Assembly: GCA_963693365.1 (NCBI GenBank)
Contig: CAVNZM010000009.1
Coordinates: forward strand, 6,319,045 to 6,383,044
Origin: Amoebidium appalachense
Taxonomy: Eukaryota > Protista > Ichthyosporea
DNA length: 64,000 bases
Direction of reading: 5' to 3'
Below, piece by piece: positions 29,587 to 42,978 of this stretch (positions are counted from its first letter, which is position 1; each line of letters starts with the position of its first letter). Made by a program: the position numbers and the translations under genes. Under the pieces are notes generated by a model. It searched no databases. It had not been told where the DNA came from and saw only the letters and a program-made list of their open reading frames with translations.

Positions 29587-30393
29587 GTTACGCTTCGCTT
29601 TCACTGCCAAAGGATTTCTCGTTGTCCAGGCCGTAATTTGCGGTGTTTCCCAGAGTTTTACGTGCCAACAACTGTATTTGTGCTTGCCCGTTTAAAGCGA
29701 CTGAAATGCGAACATGTGCTTCTTGCTTACTAATTGGCAGAACCGATTCTCACTACCAAAGCGACAAACTCCTGGAAATTCTATAAGTGAACGGGCAACA
29801 TCTCCTGCTGAACAACCCCTTGGTGCGATGTTGTGTTTTCCAAACGAACTCCTTTGCTGCCTCACCTGCCTGGCCAAAAAAGACTATCCAGCGCCACATT
29901 CGCCCTTGCACTCTCCACAATTAACCTACATACACCACACACTTCAAATCACAGTTACCACACACTTCATTAAACATCTACTAAAGTAAGTGAGACGCTT
30001 TCGCGCCAACGACCAGAGGGTTGCGTAACAAGGAAAGGGGGGCTCAAAGATTTGAAAGTTGAACTTTGGCTACCCTCGGTCGCAATTACCTCGGTTTTGC
30101 GGCGAAGGTTGGCTGAATGTTCGGGAATATTTCCGTCCAGGGGGTTTATGATTGGGTAAGAATGGCCTCTGGCAGCTCTGCAGCGTCATGACCTGAACAA
30201 CTTGAACGAGACTTGCTTGACGAACTGTGAGAGGACTAACTCGTACTGACGTGTTGCCGCACGTGCGACGTTTTAACATCTACTCAGGCGGCAAAAAAAA
30301 AAAAAAAGAAAAAAAAAAAGAAAGGAGACACCGCCTCAGTAGGTGGTAGGTGAGAGGAAGGGTTTTGGTGATTTTTGTGTGTTGGGCTATAAA
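29587..30393. promoter_or_regulatory. Probable bidirectional promoter/5' region between GLE1 and UBL5
   Basis: Head-to-head start codons about 800 bp apart; the region is largely free of simple repeats. Confidence 0.55.
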
Positions 30394-31006
30394 ATGATTG
30401 AGATTACCTGCAACGACCGATTGGGCAAGAAGGTCCGCGTCAAGTGCAAGTATCCTTTCGATGTTTCCAGCAGCACGCCTTGACGTGCAGATGTGGTTGG
30501 TGGGTTGGGGAGGTGGGGAGGTGTGTGTGTGTCTGGTGTGTGTGTGTGTGTGTGTGGCTGGGGGGGGGGGGGGGGGGGAAGAGGAGGTGGGGTAGTGAGT
30601 TGAGAGGCTTAAGTTAGACGGATGCAGTGATATTTATTTTTTGGTTGGATTGGAACGTAGGTGGAGACAAGTGCTCTGTCGAGGAAGAGAGTTTGAGGGT
30701 ACTTGCAAAGCTCGTGAGTTGGTCGAGTTAATGAGAGAGAATGGGAGGTATGTGTTCGGGGGGGGAGGGGGGGGGGGGGGGGGTGCAGAAAAAAACGAAG
30801 AGCAGTTGAGAAGGAAAGTGTGATTGGGCTGGGGTGGGTGGTATGGATGAGTGAAGTGTTCACGATGACGGCTATACTAAGGTTCTAGAAAGGGTGGTTA
30901 CCTAGAAGAAGATAGTGAAAGGGTGGTTTGGAGCCTGACTGGCGGAGGTTTGGTGTGTTTGCATGTGTGTGTGCGCACGCGCCCGCGTTGGGGAAGGTGT
31001 GCATGT

Positions 31007-31042
<36 letters not shown>

Positions 31043-32281
31043 GCGAGTGTGTGTGTGCCGAGAGGAGGGGGGAGGGGGAGGGGTGGAGGGGTTGCATAGC
31101 AAGCCGTATGGAAAGTCGTTGAAAGTTCTACCTGTTTTTTTCCTTAACCACCTGCTAGCGAGGATGACACAATCGGAGACCTGAAGAAGCTAGTTGCTGC
31201 ACAGACCGGCACACGATGGGAGAAGATTGTACTCAAGAAATGGTGAGTGCTACTTGTCTGTTTGTGCTCATCTCTGTTTCTTGGACCCTGACCACCCTGT
31301 ATTGCAACTGCTTTTCCCCCTTTTTTCTGTGTCTCTCTTAACATTATTACTCCCTCGTTCTCCTGTCCCCCCCCCCCCCTGTCCCCCCCCCCCCCCCCCC
31401 CCCCCCCCCCAAGGTCTCTCTGCCTAGTCCTATTGTTGAAGGGGATTTAGAAGCTTTTTGTGCATGTGTGTGGTTGTATTTGGGTGTCTGCGCCGTACTG
31501 TATATGAGTGGATTTTTTATACATCTGGTGGTTCCCCTTAATTTTGTCTTTCCCGTTCCTTTTCTTTATAATTAATCGATCCTGGGGGGAGGGGGGAGGG
31601 AGAGGGGGGAGGGGGGGGGGGGGGGGATGTCTATTGGTGTGTATGTGTGGTTTTGTTACCATTTTTATTCTATTTTTACCTATTTTTTGTTTGTTTTATA
31701 TTTGTTTTTACGTATTTAATATTATTACTATTTTTGTTATTGTTATTATTGTTATTTTTTTTTTTTTGGTGGGGGGGGGGGGGGGGGGGTAGAAGATCTT
31801 CGGTTGGGCAGCTTTTGTGTGGAGATATGAATAGGCACGGGCTAAGAGTTGAGTGCTTGAGTTCAGTTTATTTTTTTATTGGCTTTGTTGTATTATCTAC
31901 TTCTTGGCTCATGTAGTGACCTGTTGATATTTAGATTTATTCGTGTGTTATTTCATGAAACCATCCTTTTTACTGAGAGAAGGGGGTGGTGGGGGGGGTT
32001 GACGGCTTTTTTTCCCCTTCTCTCTTTCTCCCTCTCTGCCTCTCTCTCTCCCCTCCCCCCCCCCCCCCCCCTCTCGCCTTCTCCCCTCTCCCCCCCCCCC
32101 CCCTCTCCCCCCTCCCCTTTCCCCCTTCTCTCTCTCCCTCTCTCCCCCCCCCCCCCCCTCTCCCCCCCCCCTCTCCCTCCCCCCCATTCTCTCTCTCTCT
32201 CTTTCTTCCTCCCCCATCCCTCCTCTCCTTCTTTCTTCCGTTCTTTCATTCTTTCTTCCCTTTTTTTTTTTTTTTTTTTTT

Positions 32282-32354
<73 letters not shown>

Positions 32355-32762
32355 TTAATGGTTCACTTCTTCCAGTTACAAACTTGAGTTGCATGCATGC
32401 AATTTCTGGACCCCTGTCCCATTCTCCCCTCCTCCCGTTCTCTTTCACGCACACACATTTTTACTTCCTTCTGCCTGGATTTTTGCTCATGGTAAACAAG
32501 ACGATTTCTCTATGGGTCAAGCTTATTCTCTCGTGTGTATGTGTGTATGTGTTTCCCCCCCCCCCCCCCCCCCCCCCCCCCCCTTTTTTTATTTTTATTT
32601 TTATTTTATTTTTTTTTGGGTTTTTGGGGGGGGGGGGGGGGGGGGAGGGCTGGCGGATGTATAGCTCATGGGTGTTGCAGGTACACGATCTTCAAGGACC
32701 ACATCACGCTAGAGGACTATGAGATCCACGATGGCATGAATCTGGAGCTCTACTACCAATGA
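30394..32762 (+). CDS. UBL5: Ubiquitin-like protein 5 / Hub1, 73 aa. Exons 30394-30449, 31159-31242, 32681-32762.
   Basis: Spliced product [73 protein letters not shown], ending in the diagnostic di-tyrosine motif. Confidence 0.97.
30450..31158 (+). other. U12-type (minor spliceosome) GT-AG intron
   Basis: 5' splice site GTATCCTTT. Branch point TTCCTTAAC at 31140-31148, 10 nt before the intron end (TAG), with no long polypyrimidine tract in between. Confidence 0.93.
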
Positions 32763-33239
32763 CCACAGCACGTGCAAGTGTGTGCACGTGCGCAGTCTTG
32801 GGGCCTCTCAGGCGGTGGTGGATTCAAAGCCGTCTTTAAGATTTTAACGTGGCTATGCTATTGTCTGCCCATTGGATGATCATGTGGACATAGTCCAGTG
32901 TAAATGTAGGCAAATGTGTAGGACAAGGCAGGTCAGCGATTTGCATAGTGTTGATAACATCCATGACTAGATTCGACGGATGTTGGTGTGTAATGGGTGC
33001 TATACAAGTTTATTAATTTCTATTTATTTTTCCTTTTTTTTTTTTTTTTTTTTTTTTGCCCCTCCTCCATCGTTCTTTTTAGGGTGCGAGTGGCGGTTGG
33101 GGTGGAAAAGGGATTCGGAGAGGAAGGTGTGTGGGTGGGTGGGTGGGTGGGTGTGTATGTGTGTGTATGTGTGTCAAGGTATGTTCGTTGGGAGGGGTGG
33201 GGGCACAGGTTGATAAGGAAGAAGCTTCACTTCTACGAC

Positions 33240-33440
33240 ACTTTTCCATAATGATAAGCCATGTACATAGCAAACTTTTAATTAAAAAAATGTCGGATGG
33301 TTTAAATTTGTGTATCCGCATAGCGGCTGGTGCCGTGTGTGCACTTACTATTGGCCTCCCAATATGTATCTCGGGGTTTTCACTCAAGTTGCACCCGAGT
33401 CTGGAACTTTTGATGGTTATTTTGCCTGGTGTAGAATAAC
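33240..33440 (-). mobile_element. Possible degenerate Penelope-like reverse transcriptase fragment
   Basis: Translation YSTPGKITIK...IGRPIVSAHTAP resembles the PLE RT Y.LPKIHK...GRPIVS...P motifs; the match is short and decayed. Confidence 0.35.
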
Positions 33441-34018
33441 GAAATAAACAAACAAACAAACAAAAAAAAAAAAAAAAAAAAATTTAAAGGAGGGGCAACG
33501 TGTGTGGTCTAGCTATAAGCTAAGAACGAAATACACTACTGACTGGGCAGGAACCACCCTTGGTTTGCCCCCCCCCTGGGGGTTTGTTCCTTCTAAGGGT
33601 AGCTCGTTCGCGATAAAACATCTATAGCTACTAAAAGCGTTTTTCACAAACCGGGAGATTGTGCCTGCTTTGTAGGTTCTGTGTGCCCGGGGTGTGTGTG
33701 TGTGTGTGCGTGTGTGAGCATGTGTGCTTGCGTGCGTGCATGCATACGTGTGCCACCACGTGTACGCGTGTGTGTGCGCGCGCCGTGTGGGTGGGCGGCC
33801 CGGTGACTAGTGAGAGTACGGGTGTGCACGCATACAGATGTGTGTGTGCTTGCTTGCCTCCAATGTTAAGGGGGTAGTTACAACGGGGCAGTGACTGCTG
33901 AACACCTTGCACGGATCTCACGTTTCAGGGCGTGTGTGTGTGTGTGCATGTTGATGTACATGTGACTGACGTGTGCGTGTGTGTGTGTGTGTGTCTGTGT
34001 GTGTCTGTGCGTGTGTGC

Positions 34019-34108
<90 letters not shown>

Positions 34109-34277
34109 CGGTGTAGTGTGTGGGTGGGAGGGTGACGTGTGTGCGTACGTGTGTGTGTGATTTAAGATCTAGAGAGAGGGAGGGGACTCAGGGATGAATA
34201 GGATATTTAGAAAGCAATAAGGGGGTGGGGGAGGGGGGGGGGGGGGGGGGGGGGGAGCTCGAGAGATCCAAAATAGC

Positions 34278-34409
<132 letters not shown>

Positions 34410-34498
34410 AGAAGGGGGGGGGGGGGGGGAGAAAGAGAGAGAGAGAGAGAGATAGACCTACTAGAGAGCGAGCGAGAGAGAGAGAGAGAGAGAGAAAA

Positions 34499-34540
<42 letters not shown>

Positions 34541-35176
34541 TCTCGAGTCGGAGAGAGAGCGGAGATGGTAGAGGAAGGGCAGCGGATTAAGGCCATGCAT
34601 ATGCATATATATACATGGCCCTCGGATCCTGAGCCTGGGACTGTCGGTGGTGACATACGTGACACGCAAATATATACTGTGGGATCTCCAGACAGAGCTG
34701 ATTGATGAGAGAGAAATATATCTGTTGCATGTATAATAAGGACTCGAGGCGTCTTTACATGCATGGATCAGGTGTGTACGCAGGCGTTGCAGGCCAAATG
34801 GGAGGCAATACACACGCACGCGTTTTATCTAAGGGGCACTAGTTTGCTGAGAACACAGGAGAGACAGGTACTGGATAGGGGTGGGGTTGAAGCGGCAGCA
34901 AAGCCGATGGTGGTGTACATAGTTGTGTTTAGATGAATCGTTTTTCCGATAGTAGTTTTCCCGAATAACCGGATTTTACTACATATATATTTGTTTTTAC
35001 GAAAGACAAACTGGTTTGCCGGATGATTCGAATAATTCAAAGACTTGCTTTCACCGAAAGTAGCAAAAATTCCGAATGATTCAACTAATGCTTGTTTTGT
35101 ATGTATCTGAGCTCCTTTCTTGTTCGATTCTGACGCCATCATGATGTCTTCCCTTCTCTGTCTTTTTGTTAAATTT

Positions 35177-35275
<99 letters not shown>

Positions 35276-35991
35276 TCACCGTGACAAACACCGTACACAC
35301 AAACAGACACACACGCACACACACACACAGTACACCAAACTACAGTAGAAAGTCCACTCTGTTTCTGCAATCAAAATTACGACTTCATATAGAAGTATCT
35401 GTATTAACGGTTTGTTAAGTTGTAGTATTGTACTACACGTTTGCTGTACATGGCATGCAATAATCATTTTAACACTCTGCAAGTTCGATGTCTGTTTGAG
35501 TACTGTATAGTCACCTTCCTTAATATAACTGTCTGTCTAATTTATTGCCGTACGTAGGTGACCTACAAACGAGATGCATGTAAAGTGCCCAAAGTTTTTA
35601 TTTTACACTGATTTCTGCCCGTGAATATGTACATCAGATTCTGTTACAGTAGCTGTAAGATAGTGAGTGTATCGGCACAAAGCTGTGGCCTGGCAGCCAC
35701 AGAAAGTAAATCTGATCCAGTTTCCACTTCACTGAAATTTCTCTCTCTGCAACCAATTCTCGACATGACCAAAATTTGCTTCCCACCCTCCTCATCAATC
35801 CTCCCCTCGCCGGCCTTTGCGTTTTCTCCCAACTCCTTTCGACTTTTCGCTATTATGAAAATACCTGCCGGCTAATAGAAATATTGGCATTTCTCTTCTT
35901 CTCACTGCCTGGCCTCTCTCCCTCACATTCCAAACCCTCTAAGTTACCAGTTCCCGGCCTCCTGAGAGTCTGGTCAAGAAGCAGGGCTAGG

Positions 35992-36037
<46 letters not shown>

Positions 36038-36204
36038 CCCCCCCAACACACACAAAAAAATAGCAAATGGTAATAATAATAATAATAAAACTTTTAGTAA
36101 AACCCTAACAGAACTGAAACACAACATCCCTCCCCACCCACCAAAAAAATCATGAGCAGGGAAGTAGAGAGCCAGAAACATAACTGGAGGGAGAGAAGAT
36201 GGCG

Positions 36205-36240
<36 letters not shown>

Positions 36241-37400
36241 GAGGGGAAGGGGGGGGGGGGAAGGGGGGGGGGGGAGTTCCCCCCGAGGTAGGTCTATACG
36301 AAACAAGCCCCTAGGTATAGGGAGATCCCACCATAACCGGCTAAAAAAATACAATATTTGATAATGATTTACCAAAATAAAAAAAAACCCAGTAACCATA
36401 ACCCTATGTACATGTGTGTCTGGGCCCTAAATGGGGGGGGGGGGGGGGGGGGGGGGGGGCACCCCTTTATGCCGCTTGGGGATCGAATCGTTCTCCCCTG
36501 ATTTAACGTCACCGGATCGTGTTTTGTCCAATCAGGTGCAAGGGGACTTCCGGAATATGGACCTATGTGGGATCCAACAAATGTATTACTTTTTTTTTTT
36601 GAGGATGATTGGCACATTAACGCAAGAATGGTCAGTACTAGTTGCACACGGGCACATGCATGGCGGGGTTCTGAGGCAGTCCTTACGTAAGCCCCCCCCC
36701 CCCCCCCCCCCTCCCCCCCCTCCCCCTTCCCCTCCCCCCCTCCCCCCCCCCCCCCCCCCCCCCGTGTGCAACCCCAACATGCGGCATTTCATGCTCCGAA
36801 ATTTGTTTGTTGCTTTCAAAAATCCGAGGCTCTGCACTCTTCTCTTTCTTCATTCCACAGGCCACATCACCGAGCACGAAAATTCGTCGCTCAAATTTCC
36901 GCACCGTGTGAGGACAACCCCACCCCCCACCCCCCACCCCCTTCCCCTTCCCCCTCCCCCCTCCCCCCCCCCTCCTTTCCCCCCTCCGAATCCCTTCTTC
37001 CCTCCTGCAAACACACAACATACCCGCACATAAACCACCACCAGTAACCATACAATGACCGCAAAACATTTTCAATTCCCACCAGTTTTGCCAACAAAGC
37101 TTATTGTAAGACAGTGCATGTACAGACACAAACACGTGCACAATGTCACCTGCACACACATGTAGACTCACTCATGCACCCACACGTACACGCACACACA
37201 CACACGCGTGCACATTTACGTGTGCACATTTACACGCACGTGCACGTGTGTGTACATGTGTGTGTGCGGTGCATGTGTGTGCGCGCGCGCGTATGTGTTG
37301 TGTGTGTGCCAGCTCTCTCTCTCTCTCTCTCTCGCTCTCTCTCTCTCTCGCTCTCTCTCTCTCTCAATTTCTCTCTCTTTCTCCCCCCCCCCCCCCCCCC

Positions 37401-37439
<39 letters not shown>

Positions 37440-37982
37440 CCTCCCCCCCCCCCCCCCCCCCCCCCCCCGCCATCCTCCCCTGTAAACCGCAGACACACAA
37501 CCGGGGCAGAGCCCCCTTCCAGCCGGCTTTGAATACGTCAGAGAACCCACCATCTTTTTTAAATTGGCGGCCGTTAACCACAATAATACATGGGTGGGCA
37601 CATGCCAGTCTGATTCTCGTTGAGACGCTGTGTTTTCTCCTCTTGCTTCATCTGTTCAGTATTTGTTCGTGACCCTCTCCAGAAACACCCCCTTCCCCCC
37701 CCACCCCCCCTCCCCCCCCCCCCTGCCCCGGTCCCCCCTTAGCTTCCCCCCCCACACACACACCTTTCATCCTGAAGCCTTCCATACATGTAAGTAACCA
37801 CCTGACAATCGACCCATCTCTGAAGAAGTGGGGGGTGAAGGGGGGGGGGGGGGGGGGGGGGAGGAAGAGGAGGGAGATGTGTTACCGAATACAAGGTATA
37901 CATTCGCGACTGACAACACGTTGATGATTTGCAAACCCCACTCGAAGTATGTATCAGAAGTCCATCCTTTTTTTTTTTTTTT

Positions 37983-38024
<42 letters not shown>

Positions 38025-38068
38025 GGGGGGAGGGGGGAGAAGGGGGGGAGGGGGGAGGGAACGGGCCG

Positions 38069-38100
<32 letters not shown>

Positions 38101-38230
38101 AGCAGCAAGTCATCCACAGCCTAGGGTACCCGAGGTTCGACCCGTGCAGCTCGTCAACGAAACTTAACTCAGAAATCGCTTTGCTTGAGAATGTGTGTGT
38201 TTATGTGTGTATTTTAATTTGAATTTTTTT

Positions 38231-38272
<42 letters not shown>

Positions 38273-38273
38273 A

Positions 38274-38306
<33 letters not shown>

Positions 38307-39366
38307 GGGAGGGAGGGAGGGAGGGAGGGAGGGAGGGAGGGAGGGAGGGAGGGGGGAGTAGATAAGAGAAGGGGGCGATTCATCGAGTAATCAGCATATT
38401 TACGGACACAAAAAACTTCAGTAGCATGAATTTCATCCTCGCGCTATAACGGACCAATATGTTTTCACAATATATGAACACAGCACTGGGCACCATAAAC
38501 GATTTTCTAGAATTAGGACGTTAGGTTGGCTCCTATCTTATACCTCGATACATAGTGGGTTATAAAAATCAACTGCTAACTTATGTTAGTTATTTAGTTC
38601 TACGATCTTACGATGCACTCTGGGTATCCCACGCTTGACCAATCACAATTTGATTTAATGCTAATATACATCTATGCTATGCTCTATCTACCCTCAGACA
38701 CATTAGCCAATTGTGTACGATTATGCCGTTAACTGCAAGGTGTTTAACTTACACGAGCGTTAGTATATGTACACCCGGTTTGGTAACTAACATACAAAAC
38801 CACAAAACCGAATCACTCGACCATTAGCGTATTGAATAAGGATTGACAGAATATCACAACATCTCCGCGCGTATCAAGGTGTGTGCACATATCGATAGGG
38901 TGTTAAATCTGTGTTAACGTGTCGGTTTAAACAGTCCGTGTTTGCATGCGTGCTTGCACACGTGTGTTTTGTGTGTCTATTCCGTATGCGTGGGTATGTG
39001 TGCCTGCACGCCAGCGCATGCTTGTGGGTTGCTTATATGTGTATGTGTTTGTGTGGAATCCTCAACCCCCCCCCCCCCCCCCCCCTTCCCGCCCCCTCCC
39101 CCAGAAAAAGTTGTAATAATAAAAGAAAGAAAGAAGGAAGGAAGAAAAACAAGAATCAGCCAAAGAAAAGGAGAAAAAGACTGAAAAGGAGAGAAACACG
39201 TGCACACAAGTAAACCATATGCATGAATAAAACATAGAGAGAACGAAAGAAAAGAAGCGAAAGAATGATCCCAAGGCATAAAAAACAAACCAACAAAAAA
39301 CAAAAAAAAAATCAAGACAAAAAAACTAAAAAAACCAACAAAAAAAAACCCCGGAGTATTAACCCA

Positions 39367-41232
39367 TTACAGCACCTGCAGGAACAGATTATACAACGCC
39401 TGAGCCCACGTATCCGTCACACCTGGCGAGCAATGGTGCAAACAGTCCACTCCCCCTGGGTGTCCGTCCGGTCGTAACAACGTCATACCGTCGACGTGAA
39501 AATACGTAAAATTTTCGGCCAGCGGCGATTTCGAAAACGCCTCCCCCCACAAATGCTCGTAATTTTTGACCTTGTCCCACTCGTGGCTATCCAACTCGGG
39601 CGGATTTACGTACGATTTAAGGATGGGTTCCTTGTGGTCGTCGCAACCTACATGGCCCGGGGACGCAGACATATATATGATTTTCCCGCGAAAATTCTCC
39701 GAAAAATACTTGACAATGTTTGGTATCGCCTTCTCGTACAGGTCGAACCCCTCCCGTCGGTAGTGGTGCCCTGTGTTGAAAACTACGACGTCAATGTCTT
39801 TGGTCAAGTTTTTAGGCCACGTACACAACCCTAAATGTCTGTATTTCGCGAAATTCCGAGTGTTCTGCAGAGGCGGGCATTCGTTCAACAGCGTGTCTAT
39901 ATGGTGGTCCTCGAGATGGGAGAGGCGCGAATGCAAGGCCTGAGGAAGGATTTCTGCGTACGACGCGTTTGATACGCTGGTGAAATTCAGGACATTCGCA
40001 ATTTTGGTTTTGCCGTTTTCCGTCGCGTGCATACACAGGTCCAGGTGCGCGGGTTCCATCACCCTTAAGGTGCGGTTGTTCACCAAAATGTACGATCTTC
40101 GGTACCGTAAAACAGCGTCTTCGCTGAACCCTACCCACGAACCCTTATACCATCCCTTGCTACCCTCCGGTACCAACGGCCACGGCCCCTCATCGATAAC
40201 GTCGTGTATCCGCGCGAGCATCCGTATACTGCGCGCCAGCTGCCCCATAAGGGAGTCTCCGACGAACAGAATCTTGTTTTTTGTCAGAATTTCCCGCATC
40301 ATCGTGGGGTCGAACGGGTGGAGGTCGCACGCGTCCGGCTGCCAGTAGTAGTTCAAAGCGTCGGATTTCTGGTTGAAAAAAGACTCGTTTCCGGTGGCAA
40401 AACACGTCCTGTGGTATTTAGTCTCCTCGGTAAACGTCGCGTCGTATTCCGCTTGCGTGGATACGTTGTACGCATACGCCCACGGAATGTTCGTTTGGTT
40501 GTTTGTGACCTCCGGCCTCAAACTCAGAAACGTGTCACGGTCACAGTTTCGTACCCATTTCCCTTTGCTATAAATAGCCCCGCGGGTTTGGTTCGCTGCC
40601 CACATCGTGTGCCCTTGCCGATCAACCATCGGGCAAATGTTCCTCCCCCCTCGCCCATGCAAATACTTACATGCCCCTTCGCCGTATTTACCCTTTGACG
40701 GTGTTTCGTCGGTCGGGTTTTCCGCGATTTTGTCGTTGTGGGCAACGGATGGAGAAAAATCACGGGTGTGTTCGTGTTCCGGTGGAGTTTGTTCGTGTTT
40801 CCGGCTGGGCAAAAGCGACGGTGTGTCCTCCGCATGAGGGGGGATGACCGCGTTTGGCCCATGATCCATAAAACGAGCGCCTTGGATCAGTGAAAGGCTT
40901 CGAAAAACGGGCGCTATCCCCCCCTGTGTTTTCGCATCTGCCGCGTCTTCCGTTACCTTGTCGTTGTCGTGTCGTTTTTCTGTTGCTTCCGTAGTGGTTA
41001 CGCGCTGTGAGAGTTCTTGCATCATGTCGGGTGTGAGCACGAGGCTGGAGCGAATATAAAACCCCGTAGCCGCTAGACTGCCATCGTTTTCTTTTGCCTG
41101 AAACAAGAAGAATGAAAGCAAAAGAAGAACTGCGAGTGGGAGTAGGTATTTGACGCCACCCGTTGTGAATATGAATGTGCTAGCAGCGCTGGTGGGGCTG
41201 TCTCGCCGTGGTTCATCGTTTGTTGTGGACAT
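39367..41232 (-). CDS. PC-esterase / trichome-birefringence-like (SGNH-type) O-acyltransferase/esterase; type II membrane protein, 621 aa, intronless
   Basis: N-terminal TM (YLLPLAVLLLLSFFLF), low-complexity stem, YYWQPDACDL, ILFVGDSL, VVVFNTGHH, and RPDGHP...DCLHHCSPGVTDTW (GDS plus DxxH catalytic motifs). Confidence 0.88.
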   Translation of the reverse strand: MSTTNDEPRRDSPTSAASTFIFTTGGVKYLLPLAVLLLLSFFLFQAKENDGSLAATGFYIRSSLVLTPDMMQELSQRVTTTEATEKRHDNDKVTEDAADAKTQGGIAPVFRSLSLIQGARFMDHGPNAVIPPHAEDTPSLLPSRKHEQTPPEHEHTRDFSPSVAHNDKIAENPTDETPSKGKYGEGACKYLHGRGGRNICPMVDRQGHTMWAANQTRGAIYSKGKWVRNCDRDTFLSLRPEVTNNQTNIPWAYAYNVSTQAEYDATFTEETKYHRTCFATGNESFFNQKSDALNYYWQPDACDLHPFDPTMMREILTKNKILFVGDSLMGQLARSIRMLARIHDVIDEGPWPLVPEGSKGWYKGSWVGFSEDAVLRYRRSYILVNNRTLRVMEPAHLDLCMHATENGKTKIANVLNFTSVSNASYAEILPQALHSRLSHLEDHHIDTLLNECPPLQNTRNFAKYRHLGLCTWPKNLTKDIDVVVFNTGHHYRREGFDLYEKAIPNIVKYFSENFRGKIIYMSASPGHVGCDDHKEPILKSYVNPPELDSHEWDKVKNYEHLWGEAFSKSPLAENFTYFHVDGMTLLRPDGHPGGVDCLHHCSPGVTDTWAQALYNLFLQVL

Positions 41233-41554
41233 TTTCAGTATTGCAAAGCCTTAAAGGACGAGGATGAAAGCTATATGTGTATATTAGAGACCAACCCAAA
41301 GATGGTGGTTCTGAACAAGATATCAATGACAGGCTAAATGAATGAAAGAAAGAAAGAGAGAGAAAAAAAACAAAACCCGAACGACTTTATGCTTGTGTGG
41401 TGCGCATTGTTTCTGTATTTCCCCGTGTACTGTGTTTCGGTATGTGTGCGTCTATAAGCGTTTCCGCTTGCTTGTGCAGTACGTATAGCTGTTTTTCTGT
41501 ATGTATGTGTGTGTGGTTGTGTGTCTGGTGTGTGTATGTGCAGCATGCACGGTA

Positions 41555-41642
<88 letters not shown>

Positions 41643-42823
41643 ATGCTGGTTTGCTTTCGTTTGGTTGGTCGCCAGCTGATCAAACAGCACAACACTTGAG
41701 TCAGTGTGTCGGCTTACGAACAAAGGCTCTACCAAACGAATGGGGGGGGGGGGGGGGGGGGGGGGGGGAACAAAAGGGAAAAAAAAAATGAAGAAATAAG
41801 TAAGTAACACGCTCCGAACACGTGCGCACTGTGGCAACGTCGTGTGATGTGGCCGCTTATGCAGGCGGTAGTCGTTATCTTGGTCTGCATGCGTGACGTC
41901 ACATATGTGTACCCCTGCGCACCCAGGCGTTTTATCAGGGCCTTGTCAGCCGGGAGAGGGCATACCTTCCGAGGGAACATTTTTGGATATCTGACCTCTC
42001 CATATATCGGTAAATCCCTTTTTACTACAGAAAGCCTGACACAGATCTAGAACCAACTAATCACTCACTCTCTCTCTCTTTCTCTCTCTTTCCCCCCCTT
42101 CTCTTCAGGCCAAATGATGGCGATTAATCCTTCAGGTGGCCCTCAGGCAAGGTTATAGAGATGAGCTACGATTGAGAGTCTTCGTTGTTTGGACTACCTG
42201 ATGGCATGCACTGGGAGCAACGACATGCATACCAGGAGAATTTTAAAAAGAAAAATTACATAATGCCTTTTCCCTATAATCAACTGATTGATATACAGTA
42301 GCGTTTATATAACTCTTATAGCCAAATACCTTTTTTAGGCCGTGGTTCCGTGGCGTTCTCGGTTGTTGCCAGACATGTACAGTGTTTACTTCGGTCGCGT
42401 CGGACTCGGAAGTAAGATCTCTGATCTATTTGCTTTTTTTTTTTTTTTTTTTAGGTTCACCAATCGCAGTAGTTCCCGCCCTGGCGAATCAGCAATTCCT
42501 ATTGGACGGATAACTGGGATAATTGGAAATAAATCAGATGACGGTCGCTGGCGACGCACGTCGCACGTGTGACACGTATGTATACACGAGTTCGCAATTG
42601 AATCCCAAAAGTCTTGGGATAAATATATGGGGTTTACGCTGTTTACTCGAGGCAAAGAGAACCAGTCTCAGGTATGGGGGGGGGGGGTTTGCTCGGAATA
42701 TCCCCTCAGCGGTATATCATGATCACGTACATAGATGTCGGGTGGTGACTATATATCAGGGTTTACTTTCTCTACGAGACACCATAAAGACTACAAGGAG
42801 AAATCAATTAGTTGGGGTTCCCC

Positions 42824-42868
<45 letters not shown>

Positions 42869-42901
42869 GGGCTCCCCCTCGGGACACTCGGTATCAGCTG
42901 G

Positions 42902-42958
<57 letters not shown>

Positions 42959-42978
42959 TGTGTGTGTGTGCGCGTGCG

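Noticed and set aside
34825-35990. Unique-sequence ORF fragments on the minus strand
   Set aside because: No recognisable motifs or consistent splice structure; possibly decayed transposon sequence.
38120-38155. tRNA-like GGTTCGACCC
   Set aside because: No cloverleaf or A-box is present; it is part of the dispersed repeat family.
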